A stretch of DNA of 64,000 bases from assembly GCF_004010195.1 (NCBI RefSeq), contig NC_057728.1, forward strand, positions 42,016,844 through 42,080,843. Direction: 5' to 3'. The notes beneath the pieces are model-generated. The model was not told where the DNA came from. It saw only the letters and a list, made by a program, of their open reading frames with translations, and ran no database searches. Of the stretch, positions 26,506 through 38,355 are shown one piece after another (within the stretch, counting starts at the first letter, position 1; each line of letters starts with the position of its first letter). The stretch comes from Chiloscyllium plagiosum. Taxonomy: Eukaryota. Both the position numbers and the translations under genes were made by a program.

Positions 26506-27609
26506 TTAGTCAAACATCTGCAATTGTTTTTCTAGTAAACATAAAGCTTGAAACAAACTTGTGTTGTATTCTCCTCCTTTAACTAATTACAATCATGCCC
26601 TCTCCACACAGGACCACTTCCATCATTTTTCAACAGATTCTCTACATCAATCAGTGATGCATTGGCAAAATTTGAAATATTGATATCAAAATATCTGCAA
26701 TATTCAGAGAACCAAGAGCAGATCCAAATGATTAGATTTATTACGATAATTGTATTTAGTTTCTGTGGTCCTGTCAATAGTCAGCAAGATGCATATGTCA
26801 GAAAAAACCTGTGTGCTTTTTTAAAAAGAACTATGCAGGAGTTCAGAAATTGTAAAGTTAGTGAGTTGATGATGGCCCAGAATTTGCCTTTGATTTCAAT
26901 ATTGATACAAAAAGAAAATGCTTAGCTTTTAAATTCTTAGTTTTTATTAGGCAAATATAATCAGTATCAGGTTGCCTGTTGACAAAACACAATATGTTGG
27001 CACAATGGTTGGCATGATTCTAAAAAACTAGATTTTAAGATTTGAATTTTACTCTCTGGAGCTATTTTCTTCAATTAAATAAATTGTGTACAATGTAAGT
27101 GAGTAGTTCATCTCGCGTTATGGAGACTGGAATATTTAGACCATGTATTACAGATGCAAACATTTGTCAAGGTTTCAGATTGTGAAAATGAAGTTGAGAA
27201 ATCACTAGAACACAGAGGCTGCATCATCCAAGGTAACAGTTCCTCAGGAATTTGTTATTCTTATACACAAGAAATACAAGAGCAATCAGTTGGAAATGTA
27301 TTTTTTTGTTCGCTAAATTTGCTAATTAGACTGTTTCTCTTTGGTTTTATGCCATCCTGGAAGAACACACAGGAAAACATATAACATTTTTCATAATTCT
27401 CCTTTGAACCTTCTTGGTATCAGTGCAGTGCTAATGAAATAGATCAAGGACATCAACATTCAGTGCTTGGTCTCTGCTGCGTTTGGTATGCTTTCAGCAC
27501 AGCACTGAGAGCACTAATTTACCTCAGCATCCTTCTGTAGGTGAAGACAGTGTATTCCTAATCCTGAACAGTGTTCAGAAAGTATGCAGGTATGGACATT
27601 AGGCAAAAG

Positions 27610-27702
27610 TGATGAAGGGCTTTTGCCTGAAATGTTGATTTTCCTGCTCCTCAGATGCTTCCTGACCTGCTGTGCTTTTCCAGCACCACTCCAATCTTGA
27701 CT
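27610..27702 (+). mobile_element. PLE family A terminus starting within the hammerhead core
   Basis: tgatgaagggcttttgcctgaaatgttgattttcctgctcctc; degenerate flanking repeat tatggaca...aagt. Confidence 0.7.
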
Positions 27703-28802
27703 GAGATATGGACACAAGGATAAGTTTGGTTGTGTAGTAGCATTACTGAGATTGAACATTCAACAAGTCACTAGCTTTCTGTCACTACACAATGCATTTC
27801 AATGAGCACTTATTGCTTTTATTTTGTCTTGTGTTGAATGAAAATTGAACTTAACACTGAAGATCATCTTTTACTAAGTTATTGTGAATACTTTGCTGTT
27901 TTATCACAGCTGTTTAACCACCACTTTTATGAGGATGATATGATATTGAGTCTGATGTGAAGTACATAGGTAGGGAAATTAAGTATACCCAATGTATAAT
28001 TCTCACCTCATATAAGGTCCAGTTGTCTATGGGATATGTTGGCCATTTTTCTCTTTCTTCATATGGATTGTCAGGGCAATCTGGAAAGATTCAGAGGAGA
28101 GCCACTTGTTTGACACTTTGTTTAATAGCTTCTTTATCAGGAAGGGCTCAAAGTTGGAAGTGTAAACTTTGCGGGGATGTGTTTGAACTCTCTGAACTTT
28201 TGAACACTTTCTGACCAGGCAGATAGGTTACATGGGTACCTGTAAGAAGTGAATTTGGAGGCAGCTACATAAGCTATGGTCGCAGAATTAGTTCGATGTC
28301 TGAAAGTTTTCTTTGCACAGCCTTTAATCTGTGGAACAAAGCACTAGAACAGGTGGCAAGAACACATTTGATGGAATGGTTTAAAAACAGCCTGCTGAGT
28401 TCCTGTTGGACTCTTTTATTAACTTAGTGTGACGGGGAGAGTGTGGTGGACTATAGGAGAAGAAGCGGTGGGGCACAGATGAGTTAGACCATGTCTGACT
28501 AAATTTGATGAACCAGCATGTTTTCTTCCTGTCCTTTTCTTCATATTTTATATGAGGCAAATTGGTAGGAGTAATGGAAACTTGGGAGAAATAATTTTTG
28601 CAGAAAGGGTGATGCAGTCTGGATCTGACTGCCTGAAGCAGAGGTTAAGGAAGAAACCTCATGGCATTGACAAACATTTTGAATATACACTTAAGGTGAC
28701 TAAACCTACCAGTATGGACCAGAAACTGAACTGTGGGATTAGGATGGGAACAACATTTTAAAGAACTAATGACTAAAACAGAATTAATTTTTGTTAGACC
28801 AT

Positions 28803-30018
28803 TGAGTCATAGAGATGTACAGCACAGAAAAAAAGCCCTTTGGTCCAACATGTCAATGCCAGCTAGATATCCTAAATAAGTCTTGTCACATTTGCCAGCA
28901 TTTGGCCCATATTCCTCTAAACCTTCCTATTCATGTACCCATCCAGATGCCTTTTAAATGTTGTAATTTTACTAACCTCCATTACTTCCTCTGGCAGCTC
29001 ATTCCATACATGCACCATCCTCTTCATGAAAAATGTTGCCCCTTCGCTCCCTTTTAAATATTTCACCTCTCACCTTAAACCTATGGCCTCTAGTTTTGGA
29101 CTCCTCTACCTGGGGAAAAGACCTAGTCTATTTACCCTATCTGTGCCCCTCATGATTTTATAAATCTCTATAAGGTCATCCCTCAGCCTACAATGCTCCA
29201 GGGAAAATAGCCCCAATCCATTCAGCTTTTCCCTACAGCTCAAACCCGGCAACAACCTTGTAAATCTTTTCTGAACTTTTTCAATTTTCATAACATATGT
29301 CCTGTAGCAGGGAGACCAGAATTGCATGCAGTATTCCAATAGTGGGCAGCATGGTGGCGCAGTGGTTAGCACTACTGCCTCACAGCACCAGGGACCCCGG
29401 TTTGATTTCAGCCTCAGGCAACTGTCTGTGTGGAGTTTGCACGTTCTCCCTGTGTCTGCATGGGTTTCCTCCCACAATCCAAAAATGTGCAGATTAGATG
29501 AACTGGCAGTGCTAAATTGCCCGTAGTGTTCAGGGATGTGCAGGTTAGGTGCATTAGTCAGGGGAAATGTGAAGTAATACTGTAGGGGAGTGAGTCTGGG
29601 TGGGTTACTCTTCGGAGAGACGGTGTGGACTTGTTGGGCCAAATGACCTGTTTCCACACTGTAGGTAATCTAATCTTGTAGTGGCCTAACCAATATCCTG
29701 TATAGCCACAACATGACCTCCCATCTCCTCTACACAATGCACTGACCATTAAAGGCAAACATACCAAACGGCTTCTTCACTATCCTAGCTATCTGCGAAT
29801 CCACTTTCAAGGAATTATAACCTGCACTCAAAGGTGTCTTTATTCAGCAACACTCCCCAGGACCTTACCATTAAGTTTATAAGTCCTGCCTTGATTTGCC
29901 TTTCCAAAATGCAGCACCTCACATTTTCTAAATTAAACTCCATCTGCCAAACCTTGGTGCGTTGGCCCATCTCAAGTTCTCATTGTACTCTGAGGTAACC
30001 TTTTTTCAGTGTCCACTA
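28803..30018 (-). mobile_element. HER1 LINE 3' region with a nested HE1 SINE (+ strand, 29344-29676)
   Basis: LINE frame PLLEYCMQFWSP is interrupted by the SINE; short duplication tagtgg at 29340-29345/29679-29684. Confidence 0.9.
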
Positions 30019-30286
30019 AATCAGAAAGATATATTAATGATTTGTGCTGAGGGAACAATTGATCTCAACACCCTAAACAGAGGATGCTAGCCTTTATTGA
30101 AAAAGTGCATGTGCGTAGACACGTATTTGGTTTGGACTGAGCTCAACTGGGTCATGTCTTTCTTGAATTCCCCTCATTTTCTAGGTTTCAAGGATGAAGA
30201 ATGACTGTTGGATAAGTTGCTGGAGATCAGTAGAAATTAACATTTTTGGTGAAGAAGATGGAAGAAATGTGCTTAAGAAAAATAAT

Positions 30287-30508
30287 TACACGGCCATTCT
30301 GCTATAATACACGTTTCGTTAATGCAAATTTACTGTAATGCAATTGACGAATTGGGGACACTGTTTCTAAAGCACAAACTTTTAACACGTATATTGGCTG
30401 TAACGCGATTACATTGCCAACACTTTAAGCGCTGTTTCTAAAGTGCAATTTTTATATAATGCAGGGTTGCACAAGAACACAACCATCAAATTATTTTTAA
30501 AACCTGTA
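30287..30508. mobile_element. Probable Tigger/mariner-like MITE
   Basis: Degenerate termini TAcacggcc...cctgTA; internal repeats of ctgtttctaaag. Confidence 0.45.
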
Positions 30509-30545
30509 CCAGGAAAGGTTGGAGACTAGAGAATTAAGATGTTCA

Positions 30546-30752
30546 TGATCTGGAGATGCCGGTGTTGGACTGGGGTGTACAAAGTTAAAAATCATTCAAC
30601 ACCAGGTTATAATCCAACAGGTTTAATTGGAAGCACACTACCTTTTTGAGTGCCGCAACTTCAACCACCTGATGAAGGAGCGGCGTTCCGAAAGCTAGTG
30701 TGATTCCAATTAAACCTGTTGGACTATAACCTGGTGTTGTGTGATTTTTTAA
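30546..30752. mobile_element. PLE-derived fold-back element (family C)
   Basis: ~70-bp inverted arms 30585-30656/30680-30752; duplication ttaagatgttca at 30534-30545/30749-30760. Confidence 0.8.
30666..30700 (+). ncRNA. Minimal type I hammerhead ribozyme motif
   Basis: CAC-CUGAUGA-A-GGAGC-GGC-GUUCC-GAAA-G-CUA|GUG. Confidence 0.72.
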
Positions 30753-32099
30753 GATGTTCACATATTCATTAAATGCAGCTCTTTGTTGCCCCACAGTGGC
30801 AAGGTTTGCAACTACAATGAATAATGCCAGACTTTGCTTTCTGTTCAGCACCATTTTTTTGTATCAACGCTCAGAGCTTCAGTTGCAGAAGTCACAAATC
30901 AATATGTCACGTAGGTGATAGAACTTGAATACTATATCTACTAATAAGATACAAATGTAATTATTTATAGAACACTCTTCATAAATATTTATAAGCTGCT
31001 GATTCTTTGGTTTGCTTTGTTGAGACACATCTTATTTGTTTTCAACTATTAAGTTTGACTAAATACTTTAAATTGTAACTACCTTGAAAGCGTCTAGTCC
31101 TTGAGTGGCGCTATGCTTTTTGGCATACTCAATGTATCGCTGCTTCAATATGCAACTCTGCTTGAATCATTTCATGTCTTCAAATCTTTTGTCAAGTTCT
31201 TAAAACAAGCATTTCCAAACCAATTGTATGGCCGTCTAGCCCAAAGCTGTATTCGTGGGCTATCCAGTTTCCTTTCAAATTGCTTTTCTTTTTATTGCTG
31301 ACAGTTCTGTTAATTCAGTATTCATGCAATGGCCTCTCACTCATTCTTCTTCACATCGTCCAACTGCAGCCTTTTTTGAATAATTTTGATCTGTATTCAA
31401 TTTCCTTCAGCTCACATTCCATTAATTGCCACAAACTGCTCCCTACATTGCACCAGCAGCTGACACCATGATCGCCTCCATAGCCTTTAAAGTGGTAATA
31501 AAGTTTATTCCTCCAAAAACGCAGTTCCTGTATGTCTTTCACAAGTACAAATACGCTAAATTATTAATCCTTGATGACTACATCCTTAATCCTTCATCTT
31601 TTGCTTATCTTGGTTTCATTATCTCTGATCAACAATCCAAGTTCCACAATTTCATTGTGAAAGCAGCCTTCACAACTAATTCACTTTCATGTCAAAAAGG
31701 TATTTTCCGCGGTACAATTCAACGCTAACAAAATCAAGTCCACCTAGAAAAGATTTGAATTCTGTTTTTGGAGTAGGGGATATCAAACGTATTTTTGCAG
31801 CCTGGACAATATTTCAGGAACGCTTCTTTTTTATGATCACAACTTATCATTCTTCTGTTTTACCATCCTTTCAATCTTTCTCTTTCTAAATTGAAACCCT
31901 TGACAGTTCTGCATTTATGGGCTTTGTTCCTCCATTTGGATTTCTCAGTTAAAAAAATACAAACCGTTAGGAATTTAGCAGTCATATTTTGCTCCAAAGT
32001 GTAGGAATAGTTAAATTTCTTGGAAAGTTAATAACGTAAGGCTCGAGTTAATGGTTTGGTGAGTTGATTTATTATATTTGGCAGACAGCTCAGGATAGG

Positions 32100-32815
32100 A
32101 TTTCAGTAGAAAAGTAGGAAAGCCTTGTTACAACTGTACAGTGCATTGGTGAGACCAGACCGAGAAAACTGTGTATGGCTTTGGTCTCCTTATTTAATGG
32201 AAGGATATTTTTGCATTCAAAGCACCTCAGAGAAAGTTCATAAGGCTGATGCTTGAGATGAAGTGATTGCTTTATGAGGAAACATTGAGCAAGTTGGGCC
32301 ATAACTCACTGGAGTTTGGAAGAGTGAGAGGTAATCTTACTGAATCACACAAGATTGTGAGGGAGCTTGATCGAACAAATTCAGAAAGGATGTCTCCCCT
32401 CGTGGGGAAATATATAACAATGGGACACATTTTAATAATAAAGGGTCTCCCATTTAAGATGGAGATGAGGAAGTTAGAGATGAGGTAAAAACAATGACTG
32501 CAGATGCTGGAAACCAGAGTCTAGATTAGAGTGGTGCTGGAAAAGCACAGCAGTTCAGTCAGCATCCAAGGAGCAGTAAAAGCCCTTCATCAGGAAGTTA
32601 GAGATGAGGAAGTTTTGTTTTTCTCTGAGGATTTTGGAAATCTCTTCCAAACAAAGCAATGGAGGCTGGGTCAAAAGCTGAGTTAGGTAGATTTTTGATG
32701 AAGAGATTTGGGTTGGGTGGTGAAGTTAAGGCCACAATCCGATCAGTCATGATCTTATTGAATGCTGGAACAGGGAGCATGGGCTGAATGACCTACATCT
32801 GTTTTTAGTTCCTGT
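32100..32815 (+). mobile_element. CR1 LINE 3' end with a nested PLE family A insertion (32486-32591)
   Basis: LVRP...WSPYL..D remnants; 18-bp duplication aggaagttagagatgagg at 32468-32485/32592-32609. Confidence 0.85.
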
Positions 32816-34049
32816 TTCTTTTGGTTTTAGGCTCCAGGGCTGGATCCAGTTTATGTTGCTGGTTGTTCTCAGCAGGACTCTTTGAGTCCCTCTTTCCCAC
32901 TCCTCATTTGATTGCAAGTTTTTTTAAAAAAAGACATGTTTACCTCTTCAGTAAATATTTAGCTGTTTTTAATGATCACAGCACAAAAGCAATGAAACAG
33001 GCTTTCTTCATTTGTTTTTAAGAGATAGTTTTTATTGTATTTAACTCAGGCTAAATAAAATAATTTTTAAAGATGTCACAACTTTCTCTCACACATCTCC
33101 ACAAAGTCTCACAGATTTTGTCAGATGACAGAATAAAGGAGGATAGTTTAAGTAGGCTACAAGCCAGAGATATAAATGGGGCTGAATGTCACTTCAAAGC
33201 ACCTGGCTAGGGTCTAAACTCTCTAGTCCTTCTGCTTTCACTCACTAGATGCGCTGCTTTTGGTGTCGAGGTAGTTTTATGTTGTAGGCAAATGACTCAT
33301 CTGTTCTTTTGGAGATGATATGTTGGATGTTGATTTTTTTTTCCATACTGACTGCAGCCCTTAGACAGTGTTCAAAGGCTTGCAAGTTGCACAAGATAGT
33401 AAATAAGGAATCCACTCACTGAATCCACTCTCAGAATCCATTCATTTGCTTGACCTTTTCAAGAAAGAAAGGTGCTTAAAGTACATGAAGAATTGACTTG
33501 CTGTGTAGCCTTCTGCCACACAGTGATTCTAGTTGCCTGGTTTATGTGATTACATTAGGTTGGAAGATATTTCTTTAGTTGTCAGGGTCAATGCTCCAAG
33601 AGATTACACCTCATGAATTGTCTGTACCAAGCTGGGTACCACAGGTGTTTCTTTTTGGATGCTGTGATAAAAGGAAAGGAAATACAGTCCTTCTATTGCT
33701 ATTCATTCTCTTTCAAATCTGATGAAAGGTGCATTACATATATTTTGTGACATAGATATTATAATAGAGGTCAATGGATGTGGATCAGATCTGTGAAGGG
33801 ATTTTTTTAAAGCAGATCAGAAAGTCATTTGGAACAGCAACTCAATTCCAAAAAAGTATACAATTGTGGTCAGTTGCCTGATAGGACCCCTGAAGTGTTA
33901 GTAGATATAATACCTATACAGCTGAATTTACAACAGACCAAAATGTCAATGGTTATTATTCCTAGCTAAGCTAAATGATCAGGATTCAGTTCAGAAAGGC
34001 GAGCAGCAAGACGATCAAGTTTTTAGCTAAGGGGAACTAGTCACCCCAG

Positions 34050-34540
34050 CCAAATGGCTTTAATTTGAAGTGTTTTTATGGCAGGAAAGTTTGGATGGAA
34101 AATTTTAAAGTTGTTACAATTGTATATGTCTCGACCATCAGAAATATGAGAAGGTTCACGCCAAGTGACTTGGAAAGAAATCAAATAATGGTCTCCACAA
34201 TCCAAGGAAAAGAAACTAGTGGCCAAAAGTTGTTTTTGGGGATCATAGATGCATGTGCATACCAATCTACAGGCAAAGAAACAATTTAAAAGAACTGCTT
34301 GATGCTTATGGGTTTGTCCCTGAAGCTTATTATTAAACTTTCAGAATTTAAGGAAGATATCTACTCAGACTTTGCGGAATAGGGGGAACTGCTCATATGT
34401 GAATTCGTAAAGAAACTGGAGGAACAGAAAATATGTGGGATGGAAAATATATTAGTTTTAGGAAACAAAGAGAAGACACCAAAATAGCGAAGGAGAAAAG
34501 CTAGAACCTAAAAGTATTGTAGAGAAAACAACATGTTTCC
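34050..34540 (+). mobile_element. Gypsy gag (SCAN-like) remnant
   Basis: LDAYGFVPEAYY at ~34298-34333 resembles the AYELVPEAYRQKF gag/SCAN motif; heavily degenerate. Confidence 0.5.
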
Positions 34541-35311
34541 ATTATATTGGAGATGAGAAAAACATACCAGCTATAATTGAATGGCAGAGCAGGCTCAATA
34601 GGCTGAATTGCCTAATTCTTTACCTATATCTTATGGTCTTATAATAATATTAGACATATTAAAGTCAATTATTGAATGCAGGTGGCTGATTGCAGTTTTG
34701 TAGAATCAAAGAAGTGTTATGGTGCCAGTGGAGGCTATCCAGCCCATTGTTTCTGCATTGAAATGCCTGTAGAACCCTCAATAAAAGGGGACATCAGGAA
34801 AAGAGGTATTAAAACTGTACCTACACTACAAAGAGAGCATGTTTTTCCTTGCAATCAATTAAGAAGGGAGTGATGGCTCAGGACAGTCAATAAAATTCTT
34901 CCTTAATTATAAATAGACAACCAGACCTTTGGTGGTTCCGAATTTGAAAGGAGATGTGTTTCCTCAGACTGTCAAGAAAGTAGACTAATGAAGATATTGA
35001 GAGACATTAAGATGATCCATCTTCTGGAGCGAGATGAATCTGGAGTAATGACGTAAAAAAATCCTAATTGAAGATATGCAAAGAATTACAAATTGGCCTT
35101 ATTATATAGAGTTAAAGAGTGATTCAGAAATGGAATAGTTGTAGTTGATGTAGTGTAACAAATCTCTATAGAAGAAATCAATTTCATCCTTTAGAGATCT
35201 ACAAACTTATGAGAGGCATGGACAGGATAGCTATTCAGAGGATTTCATCCTAGGGTGGAAAGGTCAGCCACAAGACGCAGGTTCAATGTGAGAGGAGAAG
35301 GTTTCGGGGAG

Positions 35312-36018
35312 TCATGTTTAGATTGATTCTAATCTAAAAAGTGAGATAACAGAGTCTTACATGAATTCATGCAGTTTTTGAGCAAAGTACAATGTAACTC
35401 TGCAAGTACAAATTCACCCCACAAACATATATGTGTGCATGTGNNNNNNNNNNNNNNNNNNNNNNNNNNNNNNNNNNNNNNNNNTGTGAGGGGGGTGCAT
35501 GTGTGAGTGTGGGAGTGTGTGCGTGTGTTTGGGGTGGGGGGTTGTGAGTGTCTGTGAGAGACAGTGGATGTGTGTGTGCATGAGTGTAGAGACTGGTCGA
35601 AGTCTCTGAGAGGATGCGTGTGGGAGTGTGTGTGTCTGTGTATATATATGTCCGTGTTTGTGTGTGCCTGTGTGTGTATAGGAGTGCCTGTGTGTGTGTG
35701 TATAGGAGTGTCTGTGTGTGTATAGTGCAATGGGGGTCACCTGTAGTGTGACATGAACCTAAGGTCCCAGTTGAGGCCCTCCCTACGGGTGTGGAACTTA
35801 GCTATCAGCCTCTGCTTGGCCACTTTTCGCTGTTGCCTGTTCCGAAGTCCGGCTTGGAGGATGGTCACCTGAAATTCCAAGGTCGAATGTCCTGGACTGC
35901 TGAAGTGTTCCCCAACTGGGAGGGAGCACTCCTGTCTGTTGACTGTTGTGCGGTGCCCATTCATCCGTTGCCGTAGCCTGTGCTCTGTTTCCCCAATGTA
36001 CCATGCCTCAGGCATCTC
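35312..36018 (-). mobile_element. Penelope-like element 3' end: GIY-YIG endonuclease C-terminus plus (CA)-rich 3' region containing an assembly gap
   Basis: ORF 35737..36021, WYIGET..RLRQRMNGHR...PVGEHF...GH...I.KF.T...GLN. Confidence 0.88.
35430..35725. repeat. (GT/CA)-rich microsatellite-like tract with an N gap
   Basis: Direct inspection. Confidence 0.9.
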
Positions 36019-36019
36019 C

Positions 36020-38355
36020 AAATCATGTCTGTAAGAATAATAGGGTGGTTATGGTTGGGGATTTTAACTTTCCAAACATAGACTGGGACTGCCATAGTGT
36101 TAAGGGTTTAGATGGAGAGGAATTTGTTAAGTGTGTACAAGACAATTTTCTAATTAGTATGTGGATATACCTATTAGAGAAGGTGCAAAACTTGACCTAC
36201 TCTTGGGAAATAAGGCAGGGCAGGTGACTGAGTTGTCAGTGGGGGAGCGCTTTGGGGCCAGTGACCATAATTCCGTTAGCTTTAAAATTATGATGGAAAA
36301 GGATAGACCAGATCTAAAAGTTGAAGTTCTAAATTGGAGAAAGGCCAATTTTGATGGTATTAGGCAAGAACTTTCAAAAGCTGATTGAGGGCAGATGTTT
36401 GCAGGTAAAGGGACGGCTGGAAAATGGGAAGCCTTCAGAAATGAGATAACTAAAATCCAGAGAAAGTATATTCCTGTCAGGGTGAAAGGGAAGGCTGGTA
36501 GGTATAGGGAATGCTGGATGACTAAAGAAATTGAGGGTTTAGTTAAGAAAAAGAAGGAAGCATATGTCAGGTATAGACAGGATAGATTGAGTGAATCCTT
36601 AGAGTATAAAGGCAGTAGGAGTACACTTAAGAGGGAAATTGGGAGGGCAAAAAGGGGACATGAGATAGCTTTGGCAAATCAATTAAGGAGAATCCAAAGG
36701 GTTTTTACAAATACATTAAGGACAAAAGGGTAACTAGGGAACGAATAGGGCCCCTCAAAGATCAGCAAGGCAACTTTTGTGTGGAGCCGCAGAAAATGGG
36801 GGAGATACAAAATGAATATTTTGCATCAGTATTTACTGTGAAAAGGACAAGGAAGATATAGAATGTAGGGAAATAGATGGTGGCATCTTGCAAAATGTCC
36901 ATATTACAGAGGAGGAAGTGCTAAATACCTTGAAACGCGTAAAGGTGGATAAATCCCCTGGACCTGATGAGGTGTACCCGAGAACTCTGTGGGAAGCTAG
37001 GGAAGTGATTGCTGGGCTTCCTACTGAGATATTTGCATCATCGATAGTCACAGGTGAGGTGCTGGAAGACTGGAGGTTGGCTAATGTGGTGCCAGTGTTT
37101 AAGGAAGGTGGTAAGGACAAGCCAGGGAACTACAGAGCAGTGAGCCTGACGTCGGTGGTGGGCAAGTTGTTGGAGGGAATCCTGAGGGACAGGATGTACA
37201 TGTATTTGGAGAGGCAGGGACTGATTAGAAATAGTCAACATGACTTTGTGTGTGGGAAATCATGTCTCACAAACTTGACTGCATTTTTTTGAAGAAGTAA
37301 CAAAGGATTGATGAGGGCAGAGCAGTAGATGCGATCTATATGGACTTCAGTAAGGCGTTCGACAAGGTGACCTGTGACCAGTGGAGTGCCACAAGGATCG
37401 ATGCTGGGTCCACTACTTTTTGTCATTTACATAAATGATTTGGATGCGAGCATAAGAGGTACAGTTAGTAAGTTTTCAGATGACACCAAAATTGGAGGTG
37501 TAGTGGACAGCAAAGAAGGTTACCTCAGATTACCACAGGATCTTGACCAGATAGGCCAATGGGCTGAGAAGTGGCAGATGGAGTTTGATTCAGATAAATG
37601 TGAGGTGCTGCATTTTGGGAAAGCAAATCTTAGCAGGACTTATACACATTATGGGAAGGTCCGAGGGAGTGTTCTGAACAAAGAGACCTTGGAGTGCAGG
37701 TTCATAGCTCCTTGAAAGTGGAGTCACAGGTAGATAGGATAGTGAAGGCGGCGTTTGGTATGCTTTCCTATATTGGTCAGAGTATTGAGTACAGGAGTTC
37801 GGAGGTCATGTTGGAAAATTGCATGCAATTCTGGTCTCCTTCCTATCAGAAAGATGTTGTGATACTTGAAAGGGTTCAGTACAGATTTAAAGAATGTTGC
37901 CAGCATTGGAGTATTTGAGCTATAGGGAGAGGTTGAACAGATTGGGGCTGTTTTCCCTGGAGCGTCGGCAGCTGAGGGGTGACCTTATAGAGGTTTACAA
38001 AATTACGAGGGGCATGGATAGGATAAATAGACAAAATCTTATCCCTGGGGTCGGGAAGTCCAGAACTAGAGGGCATAGGTTGAGAGTGAGAGGGGAAAGA
38101 TGAGACCTCAGGGGCAACTTTTTCACGCAGAGGGTGGTACGTGTATGGAATGAGCTGCCAGAGGAAGTGGTGGAGGCTGGTACAATTGCAACATTTAAAA
38201 GGAATTTGGATGGGTAAATGAATAGGAAGGGTTTGGAGGGATATGGGCCGGGTGCAGGCAGGTGGGACTAGATTGGGTTGGGATATCTGGTTGGCATGGA
38301 CGGATTGGACTGAAGGGTCTGTTTCCATGCTGTACATCTCTGAGTCTATGACTCT
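36020..38355 (+). mobile_element. HER1/CR1 LINE ORF2 (EN C-terminus, RT, 3' tail), frameshifted, with an internal deletion at ~37370
   Basis: GDFNFP, LDLLL, SDHN, KSPGPD, PGNYR.VSLTS, YMDFSKAFDK, SGVPQGS.LGP and FSDDTK motifs. Confidence 0.95.

Noticed and set aside
27154..27232. Possible + strand exon (tacag|...caag|gtaaca)
   Set aside because: Weak polypyrimidine tract, no recognisable peptide and no partner exons.
33408..33443. Short tandem gaatccactc repeats (and a similar duplication at ~7930-7972)
   Set aside because: Two or three degenerate units with no spacer structure; ordinary slippage, not CRISPR-like.
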